A stretch of DNA of 62,638 nt, counting the filler, from Rhabdomonas costata (lineage: Eukaryota): NCBI GenBank assembly GCA_019059605.1. It is 24 parts of 24 records of this genome, joined end to end, with 100 filler letters (N's around TTAATTAATTAA, not from the genome) between each part and the next. Parts side by side here need not be neighbours in the genome. Positions count along the whole stretch, not along the records: positions 26,123 to 28,629 come from JAHMHO010003079.1; positions 28,730 to 31,290 come from JAHMHO010003080.1; positions 31,391 to 33,902 come from JAHMHO010003081.1; positions 34,003 to 36,510 come from JAHMHO010003082.1; positions 36,611 to 39,169 come from JAHMHO010003083.1; 19 more parts are not named here. One strand, written 5' to 3'. The notes under the pieces are model-generated. The model saw only the letters and a program-made list of their open reading frames with translations. It searched no databases and was not told the origin of the DNA. This document shows positions 26,267-38,534 of this stretch, one piece after another. The translations under genes were made by a program, and so were the position numbers. Every line of letters starts with the position of its first letter. The first letter of the stretch is position 1.

Positions 26267-27700
26267 ATGCAGCGCTTTTTTGTTGTATTCACATCGAAGA
26301 AGATGTCACACCGCTGTCAGGGCCCGCCTCCAGTCGAACGAGGGGAATCTGCAACTTTTTCCGGATCTCGCCTGCCTGCCGAGGGACCGAGCATGCTGTT
26401 TGAGCCCACAAGCGGCCTAATGGCAGGACGCCACATGCGGGTTGGAATGGAAACGTCTCCCGTTCCCCCTCTTTCCCAACCTTCCAAGCGCCATTGCAGT
26501 TTGCCCTTGTTTGTCAGCCTCATTCTACCCGCTCTGATCGTCGCCATCGTTTTCATGGTAAGCATGTGGCAAACGACCTCTGCAACCACCTTGCACTCCG
26601 CCGACTCCATCGCCAGCCGGGTTTTCGACGTGGTGCAGCTACAGCTCTCCGCACAGATCAGTCTTCTCACCCAAGGCTTGGCCTCCACCGTGCAGATGGG
26701 GGCTGCGGCCGTGCTCATGGACTCCCACGTGGACAGCCTGCAGCGCTACTTCTACCGCGTATTGGACCAGATCGACGACCCGCTGGACATCCGCTACACC
26801 ACCCCCACAGGCTTCTCGGTCTCCGCGGTGAGGTATAATGGACAGGTTCTGGTGAGGGTTTTTGATCCGGGCCCCAATGGCACTCGCATCAACGGCTCGG
26901 AGCCTCTGCTGCTGTCCTGGACCGTGAACTCTCAGCTGGAGAAACAGGAGCTCATCGCCGCGGTCCCTTACGATTCCCTTTCTCGGCCCTGGTACACCGC
27001 GGTGGCCTCGCGCAACTTCAGCGCGGCCTTCTCGCCAGTCTTTCCGTTTTTGACACAAAACCTGTCTGCCATTTCTCTGGGAGTTCCTGTGCGCACTCCC
27101 GGGGGTGAGCTGCTCGGTATAGTCACGTCAAGCTATGACCTCAGAACCATTCATGAAGCCCTGCATTCCGCACATAACGCCCTGGACACTTCGGGGATGC
27201 TCGTGCTTCTTGACGAGAATGGAAGCCTGATCTCGAGCTCGATGGACAATTATCCGAATGGCATACTTGAGATGATTGAAATTTTGCCTTCCTTCCCCAT
27301 CCCAAAATCTCGTGAAGTTCTGAGAGCCTCGCTTGCGCCCTTTGGCCCATGCTTTGTGGTCCAGACAGCCATCTCGGGGCAGGTTCGGCCAGACTTCTTC
27401 GCATATGGCCTGGACTGGAGGCTGTTTGTAATCCTGCCACAGGCGGATTACTACGAAGGAGTGTGGAAAAACAACCGCATTGGGGCAACCTTTGTAGCCG
27501 TATGCTCGGTGACCTTCCTAGTGGTGCAGCTTTTCTTTTACCGGTTCATCCTGGTGTTCCACCTGCGGACTCTGCTTCGTGGGCTTGTGGAGCTGCGGAC
27601 GGCGGTGGAGCACCCCCGGGAAGGGCCCGGCGGTGGCGATTCCGGAAGTGGGCTGCAGCCGCATGCATCTGTGTTTCTGGAAATCCGAGCCTTGCATCAG
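26267..27700 (+). CDS. TM-Cache-TM-HAMP-like sensory receptor N-terminus (probably of a cyclase or kinase)
   Basis: A ~1.4 kb exon with TM1 (LPLFVSLILPALIVAIVFMV), Cache motifs (YDSLSRPWY, FSPVFPF, GELLGIV, LLDENGSLI, GLDWRLFVILP), TM2 and SVFLEIRALHQ. GT donor at 27701. Confidence 0.8.
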
Positions 27701-28890
27701 GTTGTGTGTATTGGCGCCCTAAATTATCCTTGCGGTTTCGAGTAACTGTCGCTTCGATCATTTGGAAACCATTTGCAGAGTTCTCCGTGAACATGATTTT
27801 TCCTAGGGTGGACGCGGTGCTAAATTGAGTGCAGCCTTTTCATCCAGAGAAAACGTATGTTGGACATGTGCATTTCAGTCGCCTGTCCCCATTTTGTCCC
27901 CATGCAAGAACGCATCTGATACTGATTTCCAATTTTTGAGGCATTGCTCATGTAGTCGCAGCTCAGGTGAATTCTCTTTTAGGCCTAAGGTTTCCCCGTT
28001 TTCGGCAGTTTCCCTTTGGGCTTATCTTTTGCAGAACTTCACTGTCTGTGTGTGGCCGTTCCATCTGATCTGCTGTTGAATTTCTGTGAGTAATAGAAGA
28101 TGAACCAAAACGACCCTCCCTTGCTGAGCAGCCTCCGCAACATCTTTGTGCGGTTCTTTCCTGAGCTGTACCCCCCGGTGGCGTCCCCAGACGCCCCGTC
28201 ACCCACGGCCACTTCTGCGCCGGCTGCTACAACCCCTGCGGCTGCAGTCAGTGCAGGTTTATATAGACCCACCACAGCCCACCACGCATTCCGCATTTCC
28301 CACCTTACTCAGCGTATCATCAATTTCAATTTGCTGCGCAAGTTTATTCATTTTTATTCTCACTTTTCGTCTTGTACATTGAGCGAAGCACAACCTCCAT
28401 TGACTTGATGGATAGACGTAGGTCAAGGACAGTTGTCAGTTGCCGCCCGCCACTCCTTCTACAGCTGAGTGTAACGCATTTTGCAGCTATCCTATTCGGC
28501 ATTTTTAGAACCTAGAGGTCTAGTGTGCAGAGCACACCTCGTGCGACCCCGTTTGGCAGCCAACAAGAAACAGTATTTTTATCGATTCCTGTGTTTTCTC
28601 TTGACATCTGTGCCGTCCACACACCCCCCNNNNNNNNNNNNNNNNNNNNNNNNNNNNNNNNNNNNNNNNNNNNTTAATTAATTAANNNNNNNNNNNNNNN
28701 NNNNNNNNNNNNNNNNNNNNNNNNNNNNNGTTGGGGTTTGAAAAATTGGGAATGCGCAATAGATCACGTTCTGGAAGAGGGCCAAGCCAGGCCTGGGGTG
28801 TTTGGTATATTCCGCAGGTCTGCCGAAACGCTTTGAGGTCAAGTTTCCTTGCCTTTCACGCATTCCTCGATAACGCGTGTGAACGGCCAC

Positions 28891-29091
28891 CTTGGGAGCC
28901 GAGGGTCCCTCCTCGGCCCAGCAGAGGTCGGAGATCATCCGGCTGCTCGCCCGGGCGTCCTTGGCAGCCAGCTCGGCCTCAGGGCACACTGTGACGAACC
29001 CCATCACGATTTTCTCCACGGGATTCACGAAGAACACCTTCCCGCTGGCCATCGCAACGGCCAGAAGGTCGCCCTCGCTGTGAAATTTAGC
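28891..29091 (-). CDS. Internal exon of a WD40-repeat protein
   Basis: A 201-nt exon bounded by AG and GT: AKFHSEGDLLAVAMASGKVFFV..ISDLCW. Confidence 0.65.
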
Positions 29092-29631
29092 CTGGAGAAG
29101 AGACGTCAAGGGGCATTGCGACACAACAATTTAGTTCTCCTTTTTGAGGGGATGGTGTTAATGTCATTGTAACTTTGCAAAGCCGTGACGGAATAAAACA
29201 CTTTCCGTTTCGGGAAGATGTAAGAGCAACGTTAGCTGGGGTCCGGCGTTCGTCAGTCGCATTTCGGTCGCACGTAATGGGCGGCGGGAGGGCACGTGCG
29301 CAGGAAAAAATATAACGTGATCTGCACGCGGTGAGGAATAGGAGGAGTAGGGTCGCGAAATAGAGTTTTCTTCCGGAAACATAGGAAAGATTTCACACAA
29401 TCTTTATGTCATTTCAATGCCTGACAAAAGTCCTTTAGTTGTGAAACTGCTTCTTGTTGGGGCTTTGGAACACAGACGGGACATGGGTTGATCTTGAGGG
29501 GCTGGGTCATCTCTGAGATATGGCTACTGGACGCTGTCTTCGTTGTTGCTTCCCGTGACTCAGAGCAGGACTTTTGCGCATGCCTATCAGAGCACGCGGG
29601 TAGTGCGCGTGGCGTGTGCCGTTTGGGGTGT

Positions 29632-29632
<1 letters not shown>

Positions 29633-29668
<36 letters not shown>
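29633..29668. repeat. (GT)n microsatellite
   Basis: About 18 GT units. Similar tracts occur at 37566-37600, 13069-13084, 36047-36072 and 57935-57953. Confidence 0.95.
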
Positions 29669-29669
<1 letters not shown>

Positions 29670-29763
29670 GTGCGCGTGCGTGTGTCTGTGGTTTAGGAGT
29701 TCTCGCCCTTTCACCCCCTGTTCGTCAGTGAACCAATGCCCGCAATTTTCGGTGTATTCCAAG

Positions 29764-30646
29764 GTGCCAACGTGAACCAAGACTTGGACGACAAAGGCAC
29801 CTCCGCCCTGTGGTTCGTGGCGTTTGATGGGATCTACGCAGCCGTGGAGATGCTGTTGCAGGCTGGTAGGCAACTTCGTGCGCGTGTGGTAGTAGCTTCA
29901 TGTCCATCATGCGTTTTGAGTGAAATTGAGGATACTCCTTTTTCGTTTTATTCCCCTTTCTGCGTATGCATGAGAACAGTGAGCACAGTTGCAATTTAGT
30001 GGGTCAGCGCATCTGCTCGGCTGTTAACCACTTTATCCTTTCTATCGTCCGTTCGGCTTCTGCTGGTGCTGTGGATACCACAGGCAAATTTGCTTTTGGG
30101 TTGGGCCACTTTAGTTACGTGCACTCTGTGCATTTTTGTCCTTTAAAAATCTGGTGGGCAAAAACTCTGCAGTGCTTGATCCCGATGCGCTGACTGACAG
30201 CACCACCTTCATCTACCGTCCTCTGTTCCCTCCCCTCAGATCTGCTATCCTCCGTTTTCGCTTTCCGCACAATAACAGTGCAACGGAAAAAGTCTGAAAT
30301 GGCGCAGTACTTTCCATCCTCCTTACGAGAACGAGCCGTCACGCTGTGTGTGATTCTCACAGCTGTCCAAAATTGTGGACTTCGAAAGAAACCAGTTCAA
30401 TTCCGGACGAGCTTTATCGCCTATTTTACGCCTTTGCTTGCTCCTCCGGTTATTATCGGAAAGTGGCTTGCTTCATATGTTCGGGGAAAGAAAAAGATTT
30501 TGTTTTGCATAGTCTTGCCTTGCAAACATACACTTTTTGTATAGGTGCGAATGTCAACCAAGCCAGGACGAGCGTCGGCATGAGCCCGCTGTACATGGCA
30601 GTTCAGAACGGCCACTTCGACGTTGCCGTGCTGCTGATTCAGAACG
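29764..30646 (+). CDS. Ankyrin-repeat protein, two single-repeat exons
   Basis: Exons 29764-29865 (GANVNQDLDDKGTSALWFVA..VEMLLQAG) and 30545-30646 (ANVNQARTSVGMSPLYMAVQNGHFDVAVLLIQN). Confidence 0.9.
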
Positions 30647-31600
30647 GTATGCTCTTTGTTTGTGAGGATGCCCCGCACATTGATTGTGGCGCTTACCTTC
30701 CCCTGACGAGCATTTACTCTCAGTTTCAGTTCTCCGCATAGACAATAGTAGTTCGCTCCAGGCCAGGCCCATCAATGACAGGGCAGCAGCAATGGAAACG
30801 TCATCCTCTGAATGTTTGGGCGTGCGCGCGCACACATTCACACACTTTCCCTCTCTTGATCTGTGAGGCTGTGCCAGTCATCTGTCAGTCTATTGCTTCT
30901 GCGGTAGTGGTCACACGTTCGGAAACCAGGTGGGTCTTATTTGTGTATCCGCGATGGTCGCTGACAGAATCCGATACCCAATACTGCGTTGCATGCATGA
31001 TGCACATGGGCGCGAAATGATGTATCCGCCCCCCTCCCCTCCATTGGGCTGCGTCGATGACGACAGGCTTTGATACTCTTGATGCCCCTTGATACTCCGA
31101 ACATGCTTCGGAAGTGAGTTGGACCTTCTCAGCACCCATTTCGATTGCTACAATACAGCTGCATGGTTGCTGGACTGGCTGTAAACTTTTTCGTGCCCTA
31201 CAAAAATGAGTCACCGTGCATTGAATGGAAATGTACTCAGCCCACGGTATTGCGAACGGTAAGTGCTGCCTGCTTTTGACACTCCACAACNNNNNNNNNN
31301 NNNNNNNNNNNNNNNNNNNNNNNNNNNNNNNNNNTTAATTAATTAANNNNNNNNNNNNNNNNNNNNNNNNNNNNNNNNNNNNNNNNNNNNGTGGTGGGTG
31401 TGTTTGGGGGGTTGGTTCTCTTTTTTTTTGGGGGGGGGATTTAAAGTTCAGCTTCTTCGTTTTGCTTCTCTTCATTCTCCTCCTTTTTGTATTTTTTATG
31501 TGCTCCTGTCCGCCCGGTTTGAACAGAACTCTCGTGCTGTGCTTTTTCAGACCTGATCATCCGGCTTTGATAGCGCCACGCCTTTGGTTAATTCTTCCAG

Positions 31601-33602
31601 GCTATGTCCCCTACAACGGCCCGGTGTGCGTGGGAGCGGTGATGTCGCAGTCCGTACCGTGGATCCTGTTTTGGCACTGGGTGAACCAGAGCCAGAATGC
31701 CATGGTGAACTACTTCAACCGCAACGCCTCCTCCCCCATCACCACCTCAACGCTGGCCATGAGCTACTGCGCCGCAGTAGGGTCCGCGGTGGCGGTGGCG
31801 TTTGGCTTGGCCACCACAATCAAGCGCGCTTTGCCCCCTTCAAAGGCAACGCTGGTGTGCCCCTCTCTGCGTGGAGTGTCAGGACTTTTCGTCACAACGA
31901 TCCATACAATAAATCAAGTCGGCCAAGTGAAAGAGCGGGATGTCCTCCGTAATTGGCAGCTGATGTTAGCACAGTTGTAGCAGTACATAGCAGTTAATAG
32001 CAGCTTCGGCTTGTGTTTTTTCTTCAGAAGCAGCGTGGTTGGCTCCAGGGAGATGGGATGCGAACCCGTGGAGTTCACTTTCGCATTTCTTATGGACGTG
32101 GGTAATTTGGATGTTCTCGACAGGTACTGCGGTGGGTTTCGCTTCCGGCGAGCATGATCGCCTCCTGCGCGAACTGCTTCATCATGCGCAGATCGGAACT
32201 TACATCAGGCACGCCACTCCCCCAACCTTTTAGCAGGGGGATTGGCGACGAATATTTGCAGAACCTGAACAATTTCTGATGAGTCGCGCTTTTGCCATCT
32301 TTTGGCGCCGTGATTTCAGAAAGGCTCGGCTCAAATATGTCCTGCATTTCACCTATTAAAGGAGAACAATGAAGTGCTTCTGCTTCATGGATTCAGTTTC
32401 GCATTGCACCGACAAGCGGATAAAGAACATTTGCTGTCATCAGCGCTGATAAGAGGAAGTGATTCACGTCGTTTTAGGTGAGGGGTTTATGGGTTTGACT
32501 TCTTTCCACGGGAGACCCATTCGCAATCTTTTGTGTATTCAAGGTGTTCTGCCATGCTCTTGAATGTGGCATTTCCATGTGCCTGGGCTTTTGGGCCAGG
32601 GATCACTGTTGTGGACAGCGAGGGCCGAGAGCTGGGGAAGTCTCAGGCGGCAGCTCGCAAGGCCATGAAGGAGATGCTGCTTTCCCGGGCTGCCCTGCAG
32701 CCCCCTGTGTTTGGGCTACCCGCGCTGGTGATGAGTCTGCCTGTGATGGTGAGGGTGAACCACGCCAATCCCAAGCTGGGACTGGCGATATCAACGATCT
32801 CTCTACTCCTTGGTGCGCACCTCCCTCCCTCTCTCCTCTCTTCTTCTCTCCTCTCAGCATATGTCCCTCGATCAGTCGATCCAGTCGATGGATCCAGATC
32901 CGCAGATTGCAAGTGAATTTTATATCCCAGTGTGTATTATTTCCGCCCCAGGTGGTTGCTGAAAGTTGGTGTGGTTGCTGGAAGTAGGTGAAGTCTCTCT
33001 ATATGGTTGCCTTCTCAAGGTGTATACACATTGCAAACTGATGCGAACGTCATCGCCATCAATGTTAGCATAATTAAAGTATGTAAACTCATTCGTTTTT
33101 TCCTTCTGAATGCATGCATGCCAGCATCATAACCAATGGTTTGCCCTCGATTTTTCTACATTTTGAATTCTGCGAAATCTGATACCCGTGGGTCGACTCC
33201 CCCAGAGATCCTTATTTTACTGATCAGCGGTAACTGAATTCTCGGAGGGACACATATTCTCCGGTGGAATGTCTGCCTCCACTTCTCCGACGCATGATGC
33301 ATGAGTACTACTTGAGTGTGATACTCTTTGCGTAATAGACGCGTCTTATTTGGGACTAAGAAGGTTGAAATGAACACGGTCTGCTTGTTTTTAAGTCATC
33401 TTCTGTTGTCGCGTCGCTGAGTTGTGTGCTTTGGGTTTCTGACTTTTATTTATCAGGATTTGAGTTTGGCCTTCCGGCCACCATCGCGCTGTTCCCTCAG
33501 AAGGGCACCATTCCCGTGGCTTCGCTTGAGCCTGAGTTCCAAAATTTCAAAGACAAGTCTGGCAAGCCGATAAGTCTGGTGTCTTACAACAAAGGGCTGT
33601 GA
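31601..33602 (+). CDS. SFXN: Sideroflexin (mitochondrial Mtc/SFXN carrier), 3' part
   Basis: Exons 31601-31854, 32124-32208, 32600-32812 and 33457-33602. Motifs: FWHWVNQSQNAMVNYFNRNASSP, MRRSELTSGITVVD, LGKSQAAARKA, ALFPQ..LEPE and the diagnostic terminal YNKGL*. Confidence 0.95.
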
Positions 33603-34192
33603 GGACGGGGCCTCCACATGACTTTTGTTCCTCACCGTTTTCTGGCTTTCTCGATTGCACCTGCACAGTGTCGTTCAACACTGTCAGGTTTGTTGGAAAA
33701 CAAAAGGATCACTCCGTGCTGTTTTTACGGCAGCCCTTCGGAAGGACTTCACATACAGTGGTTGCGCGGAAATGTAATTGTGGAGAAACGTGCTGTGGTT
33801 AGGCTATTATTTTGAACAATTTTGAACAATTTTGAACAACAAAGGTTATTATTTTGCTCTTTGAGACTTCCCTTCTGAACAGAGGATTTTGCTTAAACAC
33901 CANNNNNNNNNNNNNNNNNNNNNNNNNNNNNNNNNNNNNNNNNNNNTTAATTAATTAANNNNNNNNNNNNNNNNNNNNNNNNNNNNNNNNNNNNNNNNNN
34001 NNGGGGGTGTGTTAAATGGTGAAATTGGGATTGCATGAGGTCTACCGCGCTCGTGCCGTTTCCGCTTCCGAAAGAAAACCATCGCCAGGTTGGCATGGGA
34101 TATGAAGCGTCAACACTGTCTCGAGGGGGGTGGGGGCAGATGAGATGGTCTGTGCCATTATGCGGAAACTCCCCACCCATAAATACACAAAG

Positions 34193-36317
34193 GGTGGAGG
34201 CCCTGATCGGCGCTTCGCTGGCCTTCGTGGAGAAGTGGAGAGTTTCGGTCCCTGTCTGTGCTGAAGACGGCGCTTCCTCTGCTGCTTCGACAGGAGATAA
34301 AGACTGGAAGGTCCCTTGGGAGATTATTTCCGTCGGAGAAGTTAGGGCATTTTCACATGCACCTGGCAGCGTTTGTGGTTGGTCAGGAAAAGTGTGAAGC
34401 ACATTCCCTCTTTTCCCTCTGCTTTCCCTTTTCCTCTTTTTCGTGCACCCGGGAGTTTTTGGACGCTTAGTTTTTGGCTCTTAATGTTTGCCAGCCTGAA
34501 GTGTGGGGCAGACCTGAGAGTTTATGCTTGGATTAGGGGCAAGGGTTGTTCTTCTGTATGCTCTAAGATTGTTAATACACACATACACCACACAGTGTCA
34601 GCAGGTGGACTGTGCGACTGCGCATCTGGAATTCGGCAGAATTTTGAAATTCTTTTTTGAAGCCGCTTGGTCTGAGTGTCCAACAGGGCTAGTAGTTTCG
34701 ATGATGACCACTCCCACCCCATCCCACCCATCCCCTGTTCTTCGCCTCAGGAGCTGCAGGATGCACTTCACCGATGCCTTCGTGCCTCAAGCACCGCGAC
34801 CCAGGAGAGTGTGACTTTCATCACCGAACGCGCTCCCCAGCTTGTGCGGTATGCGTGATTGCGATTTATTTGTGGTTGCCAGTGACTTGTCTCGTGATTC
34901 TCCATATGGACAGAGGAGTGCGACAGTGATCCAAAGCCAGAAACACTGCCGTTTTGCCGGTTTGAAAATGGTTGGAAATTTGGTGTGCTTCAGAGTGGCG
35001 AAGAATATCAGCTTCTTGGACTGTTAACGTTCTTGGAGTGTGACTGCGCTTTCCCCACAGGGTATTCACTGCGAAGAATAAGGCAGACGGGGCACAAAAC
35101 GATAGTGCCCTTGCAGTGGGGACCTTGTTGGCTTCGCCGATCGGGCTGGACTGCCTGGCGAAGGCCCTGCAGGCTGAGGCGAGGCGGCTACAAAGCCGAA
35201 CATCGCCAGGCTCTGCTTTCGAGGGCGACCCCTCAGGCTTAGCTGTCCCTTTGCTTCGCCTGGTATAGTGTGCTGCATGTGAGCGTGTCTTCCAGTAGCA
35301 CCTATGTATCGTCTTCTGCGGACCTCCAGACCTGCGCCAGTCGTCAAGGGATCACCCCAGAAATGGGGGACCACTTCCTTCGGCTAAAATCTGCAACCAT
35401 TTGCCCCTGGGCCGAGCCGGACCAGAGGACCTGACAGGATTGGAGCCTTTTTGAGCCTTCGCAGACCCAAATTTTTAGCTACTTTCGACCGGGCCTGCTC
35501 AGCATTCCTAAATGTCAACAAGGACTGTGAATTCAGTGCAGAGATACAGTTGGATAAGATGCCCGTTGATACCCGTAGCTCGGTATTCAAAGCTCTCAAA
35601 ACCACAGCTCCTTGTCTCTCGACGACAGGCAGCACATATGCTGGCTGGACTTGAAAAAATTGGTTGCCAGGGAAGGCCACCATTCCACCCGAAGGCTAAA
35701 GAAAGATCCGTTGGAGTGTACTTCGTCTCATGCAATTTGTGTGCAATGTGAATCTGCTGAATACGGTCATACCGGTCGGATAACTGCGGCCTACGAAACA
35801 CAAAAATCAGGAATCTAGCTGGGTAGCATCTTCAGGTTGCGGACGTTTTTTTTGCTTAGGAGGTTCTGTTTGTGCATGGGGGACAGCGTTTGCGTGACTT
35901 GTTTCGCGTCAGGTCTACGCCGTGCTGATGCACAGCGGGAAGGTCCTTGGAATCCCTTGGGTTGCTACCGTGGACCTACCTGAGCTTTTGCGGTGTTCCT
36001 CTTCGAGCGGGTGCGCATTCCACTCTCTTCCTCCTCGTATGGGTGCGGTGTGTGTGTGTGTGTTTGTGTGTGGTGTATCTGATTCCCGGTCGTTGTTGGG
36101 AGGGGTGAAACAATGGGGAGACTGTGGTACTCTAGGCGTTTGATGTATAGGGGCTTTTATGTGGACTCGTCATCCCTTCCTCCCCCCCCTTCGCTGTTTA
36201 CACCCACACAGGCTTGCGCTGCCTTTGCTGGAGCTCTACCGAGGCACCCTCAGCGAGGCGGACGTGCTGGCGTACCACTGCCTGCACCGCCTGGGCGGGG
36301 TTGGTGGGGCAGTCGAG
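34193..36317 (+). CDS. Partial multi-exon gene, URB1/Npa1-like
   Basis: Phase-compatible exons 34193-34310, 34751-34848, 35061-35262, 35913-35992 and 36212-~36317. LLELYRGTLSEADVLAY resembles the URB1 Y-x-[AG]-T-L-S-x-x-D motif. Confidence 0.5.
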
Positions 36318-36765
36318 GCAGGCGGAGGTGCGGTCTTTAAGCGGTTGCACGCTGCTTTTCTCGCGATACGCCGTGGTGTCGTGTTTCATTGCATCATGCC
36401 TCATCTCTTCCGATGCTCTCTGTGCGTGTGGATTTTGGTGGTCCTCTGTGGTGCCCGGTATGTTAGTTTCGGGAGGAAATCTGGGTGCGACCGCTTAAAG
36501 ACCCCCCCACNNNNNNNNNNNNNNNNNNNNNNNNNNNNNNNNNNNNNNNNNNNNTTAATTAATTAANNNNNNNNNNNNNNNNNNNNNNNNNNNNNNNNNN
36601 NNNNNNNNNNGGACGCAGGTGTTGAAGTTTGTAAGGCTGCACACCCGTTGATAGACTTTGACTCTGCGACACTACCTGAGTTAGAGAAGCAATCGGGTCA
36701 TAATGCACACATAGCGCACATAGCTGTTTCGTTGCTCCTTTCAATGCTTGTACGCTTGTCTGCAG

Positions 36766-37562
36766 CTTGCGAATTTTCTGCACACACACCTGACGGGCTC
36801 GGAGCAGGCCTCCGCGGCGGTGCTGTCGGAGCTGCTCGAAGCCTGTCTCGCCCGCGGCTCGGAGGACAACATGACTGTAGTTCTCATGGAGCTGGGCGCG
36901 GACGGCACCTCGTACGGGCCTAAGATGGAGCTGCGCCCTGGGCCTTATCTGCCCACTACCAGCACGTTCTTCCACAGGTTGTGGAGGGATGTTGAAGACA
37001 AATCACTCGCCGAGACTGTTGCAATCTGGATGGATTTGGGATCGACCGCGTCGGGATCGAGAGATTGTTGCAATGGATTCAGTGTCACATTTTGCAACAC
37101 AAACCTGCTCTGAAATGCTTCGCTAATGTATCTGTGTAAGTTTTTGTCTGTGTCCTTCTCTGTCGAGCACGGGAGGGTCGGTTTGAGTCGAAGCCGAAGA
37201 CCACAGCCGTGTTTGGCCGTACACTTGCTGTACAGGGCCTACAAAGCGACCGCGCAGAGGGCGGGGCTGAGCTTTGTGCACGCTCTGCAGCTGCGCAGCC
37301 GGGCCCTGCCCCCAGGGTCGGAGTCGGGGCCTATAGCACGGCCTATTGTGGGGAAGCCCAGCGCGGCGAGTGGCGCCCTGGAGGCTGAGAGAAGGCTTTT
37401 GGAGCTCCCCCGGTTCGCCCCGCCCGGGCTGCGGGAGCAATGGCTGGGCAGGTCCTCTTCTGCCACACCTTTCTTTTCCGTTGTGGTTGCATTTGCAAGG
37501 GTTGGTTTGGGACTTTTTTTCTGCGCACTCTGCTAAAGCCAAGCAAACAGGAGGAAACTGAA

Positions 37563-37601
<39 letters not shown>

Positions 37602-38534
37602 GTGAGAACTAACCTTGGTTTGGATCGGCTGGGCGATGGGGAGGAGGGCTTGTATAGTCCTCTGTAATATTGTTTCTCGCACCTTCGTATAAACGGAATG
37701 CTGATACGTTTCGGGATCATTGAATGAGCTGGGTACCTACTTTTGATGGGTCTCTACCGAATAAAAGTGCTAGCTGCTTGGCAAAACTAACTTTGGGTCA
37801 ATCGGGTGAACAGATATATCAGGTCGAAAAGCAGCCAAATCAAATTCAAAAGCTGAATATGTCGTCAGTTCCATTATTGTCTACCAGGCGAGACTCGGGT
37901 TTTTCCTCTGCTGCTATATCTTAGGCTCGCCCAGCGCTTGGAAACGTTGTTTTGCCCCGGCGCTGGCCGTCCAGGCGGCCCATCCAGGGCTAGGCTGCAA
38001 GACCTACTTCAGCTGGCTGCGGAGGCCAAGGCCGAGTGGGCGCGGCTGTCCAGTCAACAGAAACAGAAAGGCCAGGACGCTGCGGCAGGAGGTCTGCAGG
38101 TCAAGTTGAAGCCCTTGCAGAACACCCCTACAGCGCTGCCTCAGAAGCCTCAAAAGGCCACGCTGCGAAAGAAGCTTAAGGGCGGGCTTCCTCGCTTGAA
38201 CTCTCCGAATGGGGTGCCGCTGGCGAGGGGAGGGATTGAAGTGGGGAAGGCCCCTCAGCAACCCTCCTCAAAAGCGAACTCGAAGACCAAGCCAAAGACG
38301 GTCAAGAAGGTCCTGAAAAAAAGGATCGCGCCCAAATCCACTTCGGTGGGGTCCACAGAGGCTCAGCAGGACGAGCAGAAGGTCCCGTCTTCCACCGCGG
38401 TGGAGCCGGCTCGCCGACGGAAGCTGCGGCGGAAGCGGAGCAAGGCAGTGAGCGAGGTCCCGGACAATCGTCCGTGCTTAAAGACCAAGAAGAAGAGAAA
38501 GAAGCTTCAGGCAGACGGATCAGCGAAGGCTTGA
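36766..38534 (+). CDS. PP2C/PPM phosphatase C-terminal part with long Lys/Arg-rich tail
   Basis: Exons 36766-36977 (LLEACLARGSEDNMTVVL), 37236-37451 and 37925-38534. Ends in TGA. Confidence 0.85.
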
